A stretch of 64,000 nucleotides of DNA from Candidatus Eremiobacteria bacterium (GTDB lineage: Bacteria > Vulcanimicrobiota > Vulcanimicrobiia > Vulcanimicrobiales > Vulcanimicrobiaceae). How positions within the stretch are numbered: position 1 is the first letter of the stretch; every line of letters begins with the position of its first letter. Positions 37,054 to 47,520 of the stretch are shown piece by piece. Below the pieces are notes generated by a model. The model ran no database searches, had not been told where the DNA came from, and saw nothing but the letters and a program-made list of their open reading frames with translations. The stretch spans positions 480,001 through 544,000 of the forward strand of contig CAVTRC010000001.1 in the NCBI GenBank assembly GCA_963737065.1, in the 5' to 3' direction. Made by a program: the position numbers and the translations under genes.

Positions 37054-37081
37054 GAAGCCGCCGGAGTACTCCGGCGGCTTC
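37054..37081. terminator. Perfect 28-bp palindrome between convergent genes
   Basis: GAAGCCGCCGGAGTACTCCGGCGGCTTC. Confidence 0.75.
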
Positions 37082-37103
37082 GTGTTGCTTGCGTCGGAGA
37101 TCG

Positions 37104-40100
37104 TTAGATCTTGACCGTAAGCTGGAAGAACGCGGTGAACGGATTCGGGATGGTGCCTGCCGCGTTTCCGAAGGCCTGGCTCGGGATATACGATTGTGTT
37201 TGCCACGGCCGCGGAGCGACGCCGTTGGCCGCCACATCGTTTGGACTCGTACCGTTGTAGAAGTTTGAGACGTATTCGCCGACGCCCGGTGGACCATTTG
37301 TATAGTAGTCGCAAACGTTCGGTCCCGGCGCGTAGGCTGTCGTCCACGGTGCCGACGTTCCGCCGAAGCACGTGTGGAACAGGTTCGCGAGCGTTACGTT
37401 AACGGAAATCCGCGGCGAAACATCATACGACAAGCCGAGATTGCCGACCATGATCCACGGTTCGCGGAACTGGCCGGGTAGCGCAAACGAGCCCGTTTGC
37501 GGATTCGGGATGTACAACTGACCCGCGGCGTTCGACAAGGTGCCGACGGCCGTCAGTGCATCGCACTTGAACGGATCGGTACCCGGCGAAAGGGCCGTGA
37601 TTGGAGCGATCGGAACCGTCGCTCCACCGACGACGCGCGTCGCTGAACTGGAATTGGCGCCGCACGTGCGCGGGTCGATCCCGATGATGTCGAGTGGGCC
37701 GCCATAACCCGGCCCCTGAGCGAGCGACATCGAGAAGGTCGCGGCGAACTTTTGTTTGCGCCAATTCAGGAGCCACGAGAGGTTCCACGGGACATCGAAG
37801 TACGTCGTTCCTGGATTGCTGGTAGGCGACAATCCGAGATTGCCGGCCGGATACCACCCGCTCGTATTGAGCAACCCTTGAGTGGGGCTGTTGTAATAGG
37901 GGTTGGTGATCGGTGTACCCGGCGTCGGGAGCGTGGCGCATGTTGCGGGCGTTGCAGTTCCCGGCGAGACCGTTCCGGCTGCATCAGTGCCGCCCGAGCA
38001 GTAGAATGGCGAACCGCCGCCGCCCTTCGTCAGGACGTTGTATTGCGAGATCGCTTGATTTACGGCGTTCAACTGATTTTGCCCGAACCACGGCACGTAT
38101 TGAACGCGCGCGAAGGTGTAGGTAATGGCGACTTGCGTTGAGAGACCGTCTTTTGCAAAATCGCCCTTGGTGAATGCAAACTCCGCGCCTTCCGAACGGA
38201 AGTTGCCAACCGGCGCTTGCGTTACGAAGTTCGGTCCGAGGTAATTCTGCTCTTGATAGCCATAGGTCCAGTTGTAGAACGGCGTCAGCTTTAGGTTCAT
38301 ATCCGTTCCGCGGAAGTGGTGCTCGAATGAGAGATCGGCTTGCGTTGCACTCATCGCGGGGATCGGATGGAACGGCGAGTAGAAGCCCAGTGGCAACGTA
38401 GCATTCCACGTGTTCAACGAGTTGCCTGAGACGTTAAGATACTGCACCGACGCCGAGATCGGCGGCTGCGTAAAGCGCCCGATCGATGCGCGCCACACGG
38501 TGTCCGGAGACTGCGTGTACGTCATTGAGAGACGCGGAGAGAGATCTGAGATCGTGTATTGCGCGGGCGAGATTGCCGAGAACGGCGGATGCGCATATCC
38601 TGCCGGGATCCCTGCCGGATAGTTGTCCGCGGCCGGAAGGGGCGTTCCTGCAGCGCACGTAGGCGTAAAAATCACCTTTGCGGGCGGAGGCTGCCCCGGC
38701 AACAACGCACGCGTCAGCACGGTGCCCGACGCATTCGTGCAAACGTCGTTCTGTACGATTTGCGCGTAGAAGTCGGTCGCTATGCCCGGATTGGACACGA
38801 GATCGTACTCGTAGTTTTCGTAGCGAAGCTGCCCATTGAAGAGCCAGCGATCGTTGGGGCGCCATTGATCGCTCAGCGACACGAACGTAAACTTCGGCTT
38901 GACGGTATTGTACGTACCGCTCGCGTTCCCGTTCCACAGCGTCACGTACTGTGCACCGGCCAATGCTGCCGCACTTCCAGCGGGCACCCCCGGAACACCG
39001 CTCGACTGGATCGTCGCCGCATCCGTTATCGATGCTGAGGAACACGGCAGCGCCGTGCCCGTCGCGGCGTAACACGTGAAGAGTCCGCCGCTTTGTGAGA
39101 CGAGACCAACCGGAGAGGCGCCCGCGATGTATCCGGTGTTGTTGAAGCGGACGACGTTCGCGGTCGTATAATTTGCAGTGAGTTGCAACAGATGTTTGCT
39201 CGTCAGTTGATCGACGAGTTCGAGTTGTCCGCCGCCGGTATGCGTGATCAGGTCGTAATTTGCGGCGATTGCGCCGGCGCCGGGACACGGACCGGTGCAG
39301 CCGATGAAGTACGTCTGCAACGCGTTTTGCGCGCCGGATTGCGTCCAGTCCGAGAAGAACGTGTACCCGAACACACGCGCAAATGCATTGCTGGAGAATT
39401 GGTGGGTGTACTGCAATTTCACGATGCTTGTGTCGTTGAAAATGCCGTCGCGATTATCCGCAGGTATTTCGGCATTGAACGCACGGTTCGGATTGCTGTC
39501 CGGCTGATAGTAGCTCTGAGCCTTCAGACCCGCGACCGGTGTTCCGAACGGCGCGTTGAAGACGATGGCGTCCGTGTACGCTGGGTACGTGGGCGCCGAA
39601 AAGCTATTCGGCACCGGTGTACACGCTGCGCCACTGGCGAGAAGACCCGTTGCCGGATTGCAATACGGTTGCCCGAACATTGCAAGCGTTGCCAGTCCGT
39701 ACCCGCCGATGTCGTTGAACGAGCTATAGTACTGAGAGTTCAGCATCGACGTGCTGCCGAGCAGCTGAATATCGTCCGACGTGCCGTTCTTTTGCGGGAT
39801 GCGGAAGTGGAAGTTCGCGACGTTCTCGCGGTCGGCGATCTGCGCGAGGTTGATTGCGGACGGCACGACGATTCCCGGATAAGGGATGTAGCAATTCGGT
39901 GCGCCGCCCAGGTCGGCTTGATAGTATGTAAGCGGAGTCGCCGGTACGCCGCCGCCCCACAGCGGGTTTGGATCGAGCGTTGTTCCCGGCGTGCATTCTG
40001 CGCTGAGCGACGGTATTCCGAGGCCGTATGTCGCTCTCGCGGCGTTGCTCTGACCCGTATAAACGTTGTTCGGATCGGTTGTCCACGGTGCGCCGTTGTC

Positions 40101-41006
40101 ATTGTTGAGCGGACGGAAACCTTGGTTGTATCCGCTCAAGCCGACATAGTAGCTGAAACGCCGATCGGGCGTAGCGCCGCCCGCTTCAACTTTCGCTTGG
40201 TGATAATACGTAGGCGTCCCTATGCCGCCTGACAAAGCTAAATACCCGGGATACGTTCCGGTCTTGAAAACCTGATTGATGAACCCGGACGTACCGGAGG
40301 AAGCTGACGAGGACGGACCGCCGCCGGTGTAGACTTGCAGCTCTTGCAACCCGAGGTTGGACTCCGTCGAAGAGTTGTAATTGTCGAACGCACGGTTTAC
40401 CGGAATACCGTCATACTCGAAGCCGGTAAAGAACGACTGCGACCCGCGCACGTATGTCGACTGGTTCCAGCCCGCGCCACCCGCAGGGACGACTGCGCCG
40501 GGAACCGATGAAATCGCGGAATACGCACTGTTCAAGTTGCCGCCGCCGCCGAGCGCGCCGGCGGTCGTGATTGCTTGCGAGTTGACGCTGTAGATATCCG
40601 ACCCGACGCCGGACTTCACGAGATTGCCGGCGGACGTCGCCGACACTTTGGCAATAGTTTTCAGCGCTTTCGTCATTCGAAACGAGAGCGTGAGCTGGTT
40701 ATCTGCAAAAACGGTCACGCCGGCGTATGAAACCGGGTTATATCCGTCTTTGTCGATCGACACCGTATATGTGTCCGGCGCTAAGGAGAGGAAGGTGAAT
40801 CTTCCTCCGGCGTCCGTGGTTCCGGACGCGCTTTGCGAAGCCGAGACGATTCTTATTGACGCCCCGGCGACTGGTGCTCCGGCTTCATCCGTTACCGAAC
40901 CGGTGATACCACCCGTCGTACCGGCCAGTGCCCATGTTCCCTGACCGATGAACGCGATGGTCAACATCAGCGCGAGTAAAGGATTCCGGAACGCGTATCG
41001 CTTCAT
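37104..41006 (-). CDS. TonB-dependent receptor-like outer membrane protein with N-terminal carboxypeptidase-regulatory-like domain
   Basis: Signal peptide, TTGGITGSVTD..GAPVAGA, plug-like SSVPGAV / YVRG / YDGIPVN / SGFINQV, beta-barrel strands, terminal FFQLTVKI; 1300 aa. Confidence 0.85.
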   Translation of the reverse strand: MKRYAFRNPLLALMLTIAFIGQGTWALAGTTGGITGSVTDEAGAPVAGASIRIVSASQSASGTTDAGGRFTFLSLAPDTYTVSIDKDGYNPVSYAGVTVFADNQLTLSFRMTKALKTIAKVSATSAGNLVKSGVGSDIYSVNSQAITTAGALGGGGNLNSAYSAISSVPGAVVPAGGAGWNQSTYVRGSQSFFTGFEYDGIPVNRAFDNYNSSTESNLGLQELQVYTGGGPSSSASSGTSGFINQVFKTGTYPGYLALSGGIGTPTYYHQAKVEAGGATPDRRFSYYVGLSGYNQGFRPLNNDNGAPWTTDPNNVYTGQSNAARATYGLGIPSLSAECTPGTTLDPNPLWGGGVPATPLTYYQADLGGAPNCYIPYPGIVVPSAINLAQIADRENVANFHFRIPQKNGTSDDIQLLGSTSMLNSQYYSSFNDIGGYGLATLAMFGQPYCNPATGLLASGAACTPVPNSFSAPTYPAYTDAIVFNAPFGTPVAGLKAQSYYQPDSNPNRAFNAEIPADNRDGIFNDTSIVKLQYTHQFSSNAFARVFGYTFFSDWTQSGAQNALQTYFIGCTGPCPGAGAIAANYDLITHTGGGQLELVDQLTSKHLLQLTANYTTANVVRFNNTGYIAGASPVGLVSQSGGLFTCYAATGTALPCSSASITDAATIQSSGVPGVPAGSAAALAGAQYVTLWNGNASGTYNTVKPKFTFVSLSDQWRPNDRWLFNGQLRYENYEYDLVSNPGIATDFYAQIVQNDVCTNASGTVLTRALLPGQPPPAKVIFTPTCAAGTPLPAADNYPAGIPAGYAHPPFSAISPAQYTISDLSPRLSMTYTQSPDTVWRASIGRFTQPPISASVQYLNVSGNSLNTWNATLPLGFYSPFHPIPAMSATQADLSFEHHFRGTDMNLKLTPFYNWTYGYQEQNYLGPNFVTQAPVGNFRSEGAEFAFTKGDFAKDGLSTQVAITYTFARVQYVPWFGQNQLNAVNQAISQYNVLTKGGGGSPFYCSGGTDAAGTVSPGTATPATCATLPTPGTPITNPYYNSPTQGLLNTSGWYPAGNLGLSPTSNPGTTYFDVPWNLSWLLNWRKQKFAATFSMSLAQGPGYGGPLDIIGIDPRTCGANSSSATRVVGGATVPIAPITALSPGTDPFKCDALTAVGTLSNAAGQLYIPNPQTGSFALPGQFREPWIMVGNLGLSYDVSPRISVNVTLANLFHTCFGGTSAPWTTAYAPGPNVCDYYTNGPPGVGEYVSNFYNGTSPNDVAANGVAPRPWQTQSYIPSQAFGNAAGTIPNPFTAFFQLTVKI

Positions 41007-41218
41007 GCGTTGGGATCCTCTCAAGTGAAGAGTGAGTGATCGTCGACACCCGCCGACTAGACGCAACTCGACACATGGAACAGAAGCAACCTTTCCTCTC
41101 TTATGAAAACGTCGGATAGTTGGCACCGTTGATTTTTTTTAAAACACGTGGAGCGTATGCTAAGGGCTGTGATCGCGTTTTGACGGCTTTTTTGAGACAC
41201 CAATGACGTTGAAAGCGG

Positions 41219-43027
41219 TTGATGACAGTAAAGGCTACCATGATGGTGTTGACACTTGATTTGCCGGCCACCGAGCGATACGTACGTGCGATGCTGCGCC
41301 GGGCACGCAATTTGGAACGCCTCAGCACGATACCGGTCGTAGGTTCGCTGTGTGCAGCGCTCGACGAAGAAAGCCCGGTCGCAATGGTGCGGGCGCTGAC
41401 CGAGTCGTCATTCGGCGTGGGTCGCGTCGATCGCGAACTCTACGAGCTGGTGCGCGCGTGCGACCTCGATGGAACCGCAACCCAGGAGGGGCTCTCGCGG
41501 CAATACGGCCTGTCCCGACGCCAATTCTTCCGGCGGCGTGCAATCGCGGTTCGGGCGATTGCGCACCGCGCACGTGAACTTCTGCGCGGCGTGGAGATCG
41601 GCGTACAACCGACGAGCAGTGCCGACGCGCTCGTGACACATGCGCTTTCCGAAACGGAACCCGCTTCGGTGTTGCGTCTCTACCCCGTACTCGACGTTGA
41701 GACGAAAGCGCGCCACACCGCCGCACTTTTTCGCGCGCGGCTCGATTCGGGCGAGCATATTGCGCTGGCAAGCGCGCTTGATGCCCCGCGCGAACACCGC
41801 GCTGTCGCTCTCGCCCTCGCGGCGCAGTCACAAACGATTGCGGGCGACGAAAACGGATGCGCCGCGACGCTATCCGAACTTCGCACGATGTTGCGAGAGC
41901 CGAGTGAGAATGACGGGAATGAAGTGCGGTTCGAACTTGAATTTCTGAATTTCTCGCGTGCACGTATTCGTGGATACGTTCACGGAATGCGTAGCGCCGC
42001 TGAACGTATGCGCCGCCTCGCAGCTCCGCGATCGCGTTTCTCAACGCGGGCCGAGCGTGCGGCCGTCGAAACAGAACTCTGTGAAGGCAGGCTCGAGGAC
42101 GCCCGCCGGGACACGCAAGCGTTGGAGAGCATCGCATTGCAAAGCAATGATCTGCGAAGCGTCGCATGGTGCAGACTCTTCGACGCGCTGATCGCGCTTC
42201 GCACCGGTGCGGTCGAAGAGGCGCAGGCGCTCGTGCTGCTTGCGGACGTCGCACTCTCGCACGTTCACCCGGACGCCGCGATCGCACGCGGCATCGCGGG
42301 CGAAATTTCATTGCGCACGGGCCATCCGTGGTCGGCAGAAGATCTTCTTGCGACGCGACCGCGGTTGTCGTGGGACCGCACCGTGCTGCTCGTGTGGCTC
42401 GCCCGTCACCTCCTCCAAGAAAACGACATCGCGCGAACGCAAGCTCTTGCCGAAGAAGCGCTTACGATCGCGTCGGCACAGGAATACAACGCCGTAGCCG
42501 GATTAGCGGCGACGACCCTTGGAGCAGCGTTCGATGCGCGCGGCGCGGCGGCGACCGCGCAAAGATGGTATCGCCACGCACTCGCTCTTTCGGCCGCTAA
42601 TGCGAATGTGCTCGACGCGATCCGGATGTTCGCTATCCCCGGGCTGCCGCAACGCGCGTTCGGCCCCTTTGAGGATATCGGTGCCGTCGCAAATGCGCTC
42701 GCGGAACGAATCGATATCGGATACCCGCTAGAGGTCGGCGGTGTGCCCGGATCCGATCCGTCGCTCTGCGCGTATTTCGAAGCCGTGCTCCGCTTCGCGC
42801 GTGGCGATGGATTGAGCATCGTGATGTCGGCGACCGCGGCGTTCAAAAACGCGGCACCACGTCGATTCGCACAGTTCGTGCGTAACGCGCCCGACATTAC
42901 ATCCGTTGTGCTGCTCGGCAGCACGATGCTGCTTCCTCAGAACGAGCGCAGCGACTTCGCGCGTCAAGTGCGTGTCGCTCTGCAACTCTCCGGTATCACG
43001 GACGCGTCAATGCCCATAGCGAGATGA
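41219..43027 (+). CDS. Hypothetical regulator-like protein (N-terminal HTH-like segment, TPR-like helices); start uncertain
   Basis: ATQEGLSRQYGLSRRQFFRRR resembles an HTH; Ala-rich helical repeats; ATGA overlap with the next gene. Confidence 0.6.
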   Translation: MMTVKATMMVLTLDLPATERYVRAMLRRARNLERLSTIPVVGSLCAALDEESPVAMVRALTESSFGVGRVDRELYELVRACDLDGTATQEGLSRQYGLSRRQFFRRRAIAVRAIAHRARELLRGVEIGVQPTSSADALVTHALSETEPASVLRLYPVLDVETKARHTAALFRARLDSGEHIALASALDAPREHRAVALALAAQSQTIAGDENGCAATLSELRTMLREPSENDGNEVRFELEFLNFSRARIRGYVHGMRSAAERMRRLAAPRSRFSTRAERAAVETELCEGRLEDARRDTQALESIALQSNDLRSVAWCRLFDALIALRTGAVEEAQALVLLADVALSHVHPDAAIARGIAGEISLRTGHPWSAEDLLATRPRLSWDRTVLLVWLARHLLQENDIARTQALAEEALTIASAQEYNAVAGLAATTLGAAFDARGAAATAQRWYRHALALSAANANVLDAIRMFAIPGLPQRAFGPFEDIGAVANALAERIDIGYPLEVGGVPGSDPSLCAYFEAVLRFARGDGLSIVMSATAAFKNAAPRRFAQFVRNAPDITSVVLLGSTMLLPQNERSDFARQVRVALQLSGITDASMPIAR

Positions 43028-44349
43028 ACAACGAAGCTCGAGGACCGTACGGACCAGCAGCGGCGGCGCATTACGCATTCGGGTCGTTCACGTATGATGC
43101 CAAACGGACGAAATTGCAGTGCTATGGCGTCGACATTCCGCTCAAACCGAAAACCGGCGCGCTTCTGCATTATTTTCTGCAGCATCCGCACCGGGTGATC
43201 ACCAAAACCGAACTCCTCGACACACTATGGCGCAATGAAGACGTGATCGAAGCGAACCTCGCGCAGCACGTCTTCCTGCTTCGTCAAGCATTCGCGACGT
43301 ATTCCCCGGGCGAGACGTTCATCGTGACGACTGCGCGTCAAGGCTATTGCTTCGTCGCGCCCGTACAAACCGTCGCGCAACCGCGCCCGGTCCGCGGTGC
43401 GCCATGGAAATCGTATGTCGAAGGCCGCTTCTTCCTGGACCCACGCACGAAGACGTCGCTCGAGCGCGCCATCGGCGCGTTTGAGCGGACGGTCGCGGAA
43501 GATGAGGCGCATGCCGGCGCGCACGCGGGAATCGCGGAAGCACTCGTGCTGGCAGTCGAACATCTTTTCCTCAAACCGCTCGCGGCGTTCACACGGGCGC
43601 GCGACGAAGCGCAGCGCGCACTCGAACTCGATCCAGAGAACGTCGAAGCGTATATCGCGCTCGGAAACATCCATCTCTTTTACGACTGGGATTTCGTTGC
43701 CGCATACGAAGCGCTCGAACGAGCAACGTGGCTCGACCCCAGCCACGCATCTAGCCGGCTGCATAAAGCGCGCTTCTTGGCAGTCGTCGGAAACTATGAG
43801 GCGGCCGTCTCAGAGATCGAGTCGGTGCTCTCGCGCAAACCGTACTCGCTCAGAGCAATGACCGAATACGCCGCCGCCGCGCTGCTCCACGACGACTTCG
43901 AGACCGTCTACGAAATGACTGACGCCGCGATTTCGCTCGACCCGACGCACGCGATCGCAGGCTACTATCGTATCGCCGCACTTGCGCTCACGGGCCGCTA
44001 CGAAGACGCATTACGATTGCACGAGTCAAGCGATAGTACAACGTACGAACCGCAGTCGCTCGCAATTGCGGCCTACGCGGCCGCGCGCGCCGGCGAACTG
44101 CGCCGTGCTCGTGAATTTGCCGAAAAAATTGACGATGAATCGCGCTGGCCGTTCGTATCGTCATTTCCCCGAGCTCTCTCGCGCATCGGCTTCAACGAAC
44201 TCGAAGAGGCACGCGTTATTCTCGAAAGCGGAATTCAACGGCGCGACCCATTGAGCGTTTTCATTCTTCGGCACCCGGCGTTCCGCGAGGTGCCGCACAT
44301 CGATCAGCTGCGGCACGCGATCGGCCCACTCCATCGCATTCATCAATAG
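43024..44349 (+). CDS. Winged-helix (OmpR/CadC-type) DNA-binding protein with TPR repeats
   Basis: YAFGSF, LKPKTGALL, VITKTELLDTLW, EANLAQHVFLLR, IVTTARQGYCF; TPRs such as AQRALELDPENVEAY. Confidence 0.88.
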   Translation: MNNEARGPYGPAAAAHYAFGSFTYDAKRTKLQCYGVDIPLKPKTGALLHYFLQHPHRVITKTELLDTLWRNEDVIEANLAQHVFLLRQAFATYSPGETFIVTTARQGYCFVAPVQTVAQPRPVRGAPWKSYVEGRFFLDPRTKTSLERAIGAFERTVAEDEAHAGAHAGIAEALVLAVEHLFLKPLAAFTRARDEAQRALELDPENVEAYIALGNIHLFYDWDFVAAYEALERATWLDPSHASSRLHKARFLAVVGNYEAAVSEIESVLSRKPYSLRAMTEYAAAALLHDDFETVYEMTDAAISLDPTHAIAGYYRIAALALTGRYEDALRLHESSDSTTYEPQSLAIAAYAAARAGELRRAREFAEKIDDESRWPFVSSFPRALSRIGFNELEEARVILESGIQRRDPLSVFILRHPAFREVPHIDQLRHAIGPLHRIHQ

Positions 44350-44599
44350 TTATCATCGCTGCCAACGTTCGCACACCGGCGCGGTACGCAGTGCGGCCAC
44401 GTCTAAACATACGGACATCGACTTGATAGCCCTCAGTCGATCGAAGTGAGCACGATCCTCCACAACCCGTGCTCGCTTCTTTTTTACTCTGTCCGGCTCG
44501 CATATCGTCCGGCGCTCTCGCCAAGCAAGTGCTCCGTTCGAACGTCACACGCGCGTCGTCCAAACGTTTACGGCGACTCTTTTCGGGCATCTTTCACGA

Positions 44600-46690
44600 A
44601 TGAGACGAATCGCCGCCTGGCTTGCTGCCGCGCTGCTGCTTACGGCATGTCAAAATAACGCTTCGAGCCAGCAAACGCAGTCGTCGGGATCACCCGCTGT
44701 AACGGCGTCCGCGGCAACGCCGCAATCATCAGCCACCGATTGGTCGATGCCGGGCGGAAACCCCGGCGGAAATCGCACGACGGCGCTCACGCAGATCACG
44801 CCGGACAACGTTTCGCAGTTGAAAAAAGCATGGATCACGGCGGTTGCCGATGACGGCGAGGAAGAGTCGAATCCGATCGAAGCCGGCGACACGCTGTATA
44901 TTACGACCGCGCATGATAACGTGCTCGCGATGAGCGCGCTCGACGGCAAACTGAAGTGGGCATTTACGTATAACCCGCAGTACGAACTTCAGTATCCGGT
45001 CAATCGGGGCGTCGGCGTCGATAACGGCAAAGCATATATTTTTACGCAAGACTGTCGTTTGATAGCGCTCGATACGTCAACGGGGAAGATGGCGTTCAAC
45101 GTCCCCGCGTGCCACGACACCACAAATACTTGGTATTCGAGCGCCGCATATATCTACAATCACGCGATCATTGTGGGCACGTCCGGCGGCGATCTCGGAA
45201 GCGATGGGTTGATCAGCGCGTTCGATGAGAACGACGGCCATCGTCTGTGGGATTGGAACACCGTCGCACACCCGGGCGAAGCGGGTGCCAACACATGGCC
45301 CGGCAATTCGTGGCAGCACGGCGGCGCAGCGGTATGGGCCGGGCTCTCCGCGGGCGCGGATCCGAATATCGTGTACGCCGCGCCGGGAAACCCCGAACCG
45401 AATCTGACGACGTACGGTCACCAAGGCCGCAACTTGTATTCTGATTCCGTCGTCGCGCTCGACATTTCAGGCGCGAAGCCGGCGTTGAAATGGTACTACC
45501 AAATCATGCAAGGCGACACGCACGACGCCGATCCCGCGATGCCGCCGGTCATCTTCAACGCCAATGTGAACGGTTCGCAACGAAGCCTGCTCGCCGTCGG
45601 CGATAAAGCCGGAGATTTCATCATCCTGGATCGCAGTAACGGTAAAGTCGTCTATCGCATGTCGGTCAGCAAACAAACGAACATCTTCACGACGCATCCG
45701 ACGGTGAGCGGAACGTTCGCCTGCCCCAATCACGGGGGCGGAATCGAATTCAACGGCGGCGCGTACTCAGCGCAGACGAATATGTTCTATATTCCGAGCA
45801 CGCAAGAGTGCGCAACGTGGAAGCTGATCTATACGAAGGCGGTTCCATACGTTGCGGGGCAACCGTATACGGCCGGGCCGCTCCCGAAGCGCCGTGCCGC
45901 GACGGGCGTCTTGAGCGCCGTGGACGTAAACAGCGGAAAAGTCGCATGGACGTTCGCGATGCCGTATTCCGCGCAAGGCGGCGCGTTGACGACGAGCAAC
46001 GGTCTAGTCTTCACCGACGATCTGCGCGGTCGCGTGTACGCGCTCGATGCTAAAACCGGCAAGGAATTGTGGCACGATGACGTCGGCGCGGCAATCGTCG
46101 CACCGCTTGCCGCATATCAAGGCTCTGACGGCAACGAGTACATCGTCGTGATGGCGGGCGAAGCGGGAAATCAGCAAACGGCAAACCTGCCGCCGACGCC
46201 CGGCAAAGCGCGCCTCGTCGCCTACCGGCTGAACGTGACGCAGACGACGCAAAACGGGACGAGCGGTCAAACCGTCCCCGTCGTCGCGAAGGCTTCGACG
46301 GGAAACAAGACGGAAAGCGGTGGGGTCGCGAGCGTCGTCGGTGCGGGGACCGCGCCGTACACCGCGGCGCAAGTACAGCAAGGACAGTCGCTCTATCAAG
46401 CGCACTGCGCGTCTTGTCACGGCGCAAAGCTACAAGGCGTCTCCGCGCCTGCGCTCACCGGTCCGACGTTTGCGCGCGCGCACCTGAACGTTTCGCAGAT
46501 GTTCGATATCGTGCGTCAGCAGATGCCGCTCAACGCACCGGGTTCACTCTCGCAAGACAACTACGCCGCAATCATGGCGTTTCTCGTCAAAGGTGATTGC
46601 GTGAAGCCGAGCGGAAGCAATGAACCGTTCCCGAGCACGAATTCACCCGCACTCACGAAGGTAACGATCGGCACTAAGAGTTGTCTTTAG
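44600..46690 (+). CDS. PQQ-dependent dehydrogenase lipoprotein with C-terminal cytochrome c domain
   Basis: Lipobox LTAC, LTQITPDNVSQLKKAW, VNRGV, GGAAVW, ALDAKTGKELW docking repeats, CASCHG and QMP. Confidence 0.9.
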   Translation: MRRIAAWLAAALLLTACQNNASSQQTQSSGSPAVTASAATPQSSATDWSMPGGNPGGNRTTALTQITPDNVSQLKKAWITAVADDGEEESNPIEAGDTLYITTAHDNVLAMSALDGKLKWAFTYNPQYELQYPVNRGVGVDNGKAYIFTQDCRLIALDTSTGKMAFNVPACHDTTNTWYSSAAYIYNHAIIVGTSGGDLGSDGLISAFDENDGHRLWDWNTVAHPGEAGANTWPGNSWQHGGAAVWAGLSAGADPNIVYAAPGNPEPNLTTYGHQGRNLYSDSVVALDISGAKPALKWYYQIMQGDTHDADPAMPPVIFNANVNGSQRSLLAVGDKAGDFIILDRSNGKVVYRMSVSKQTNIFTTHPTVSGTFACPNHGGGIEFNGGAYSAQTNMFYIPSTQECATWKLIYTKAVPYVAGQPYTAGPLPKRRAATGVLSAVDVNSGKVAWTFAMPYSAQGGALTTSNGLVFTDDLRGRVYALDAKTGKELWHDDVGAAIVAPLAAYQGSDGNEYIVVMAGEAGNQQTANLPPTPGKARLVAYRLNVTQTTQNGTSGQTVPVVAKASTGNKTESGGVASVVGAGTAPYTAAQVQQGQSLYQAHCASCHGAKLQGVSAPALTGPTFARAHLNVSQMFDIVRQQMPLNAPGSLSQDNYAAIMAFLVKGDCVKPSGSNEPFPSTNSPALTKVTIGTKSCL

Positions 46691-46711
46691 CGGTGGAGAA
46701 GCACGCGGTCG

Positions 46712-47509
46712 ATGAACAAGACCGCAGTCTACGTCGGCAACGACCGCGTGCTTCTCCGGACCGTGAACGGTTACAAAATGTTCGTCGATGCCCGCGACGT
46801 TTCGATCGCTCCGCATCTCATTCTCGACGGCGCGTTTGAAGAATATACGGACGCGGTACTGCGCTCGATCCTCCAACCGGGCATGGACATCCTCGAAATC
46901 GGCGCAAACGTCGGCGTCTTCACGTTATTGATGGCGCATCGCACGGGGCCCAAAGGTTCCGTCTTATCGTTTGAGTGCGATCCCGAACTCGCGCAAATCG
47001 TACGCGACAACCTCGAAATTAACGGCCTCTCGCACATCGGAACGGTTGACGAGCGCGCCGTGAGCGACACTGCCGCAACGCTTCGCTTCTTCAGCGCGGC
47101 GCATCATCGCGGAAACGGAACGCTCGTGGAAGGTCTCGAACAGATTCCCCGCATGGCGCTCGAACGCCGTGAGATCACGGTACAAAGCACGACCGTAGAC
47201 GCAATCCTGAAGGAACGCCGGCGCGCATTCGATCTCGTAAAGATCGACGCGGAAGGCGCGGAGAGCGCGATCTTCCGCGGCGGTTCATCGCTCTTCGCCG
47301 ACCGCAGCCGGCCCCTGCGCGTGATCGTCGAATTCGCGCCGGAGTTCATCGCAAAATCCGGCGACGACCCTTGCGCATACCTCGATCGGTGGGAGTCGAG
47401 CGGATTCACGATCCAACGTATCGACGAGCGCAAAAAGAAAGCGCTGCCCGTAACACGAGACACGTTACTGGCAACGCATATTTCCGACATCTTACTTACG
47501 CGAACGTGA
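46712..47509 (+). CDS. FkbM family methyltransferase
   Basis: EIGANVGVFT, AVSD, VKIDAEGAE. Confidence 0.9.
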   Translation: MNKTAVYVGNDRVLLRTVNGYKMFVDARDVSIAPHLILDGAFEEYTDAVLRSILQPGMDILEIGANVGVFTLLMAHRTGPKGSVLSFECDPELAQIVRDNLEINGLSHIGTVDERAVSDTAATLRFFSAAHHRGNGTLVEGLEQIPRMALERREITVQSTTVDAILKERRRAFDLVKIDAEGAESAIFRGGSSLFADRSRPLRVIVEFAPEFIAKSGDDPCAYLDRWESSGFTIQRIDERKKKALPVTRDTLLATHISDILLTRT

Positions 47510-47520
47510 TCGCCACAGTG

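Noticed and set aside
39183..40232. Long antisense or alternate-frame ORFs (also 695-1747, 5654-6796, 7824-8756, 60329-61435)
   Set aside because: Shadow ORFs expected from high-GC codon bias over real genes.
41120..41137. Sigma54 promoter (TGGCAC)
   Set aside because: No TTGC at the -12 position.
33745..47509. tRNA-Glu-anchored genomic island
   Set aside because: Gene content looks accessory, but no integrase or duplicated tRNA 3' end was seen.
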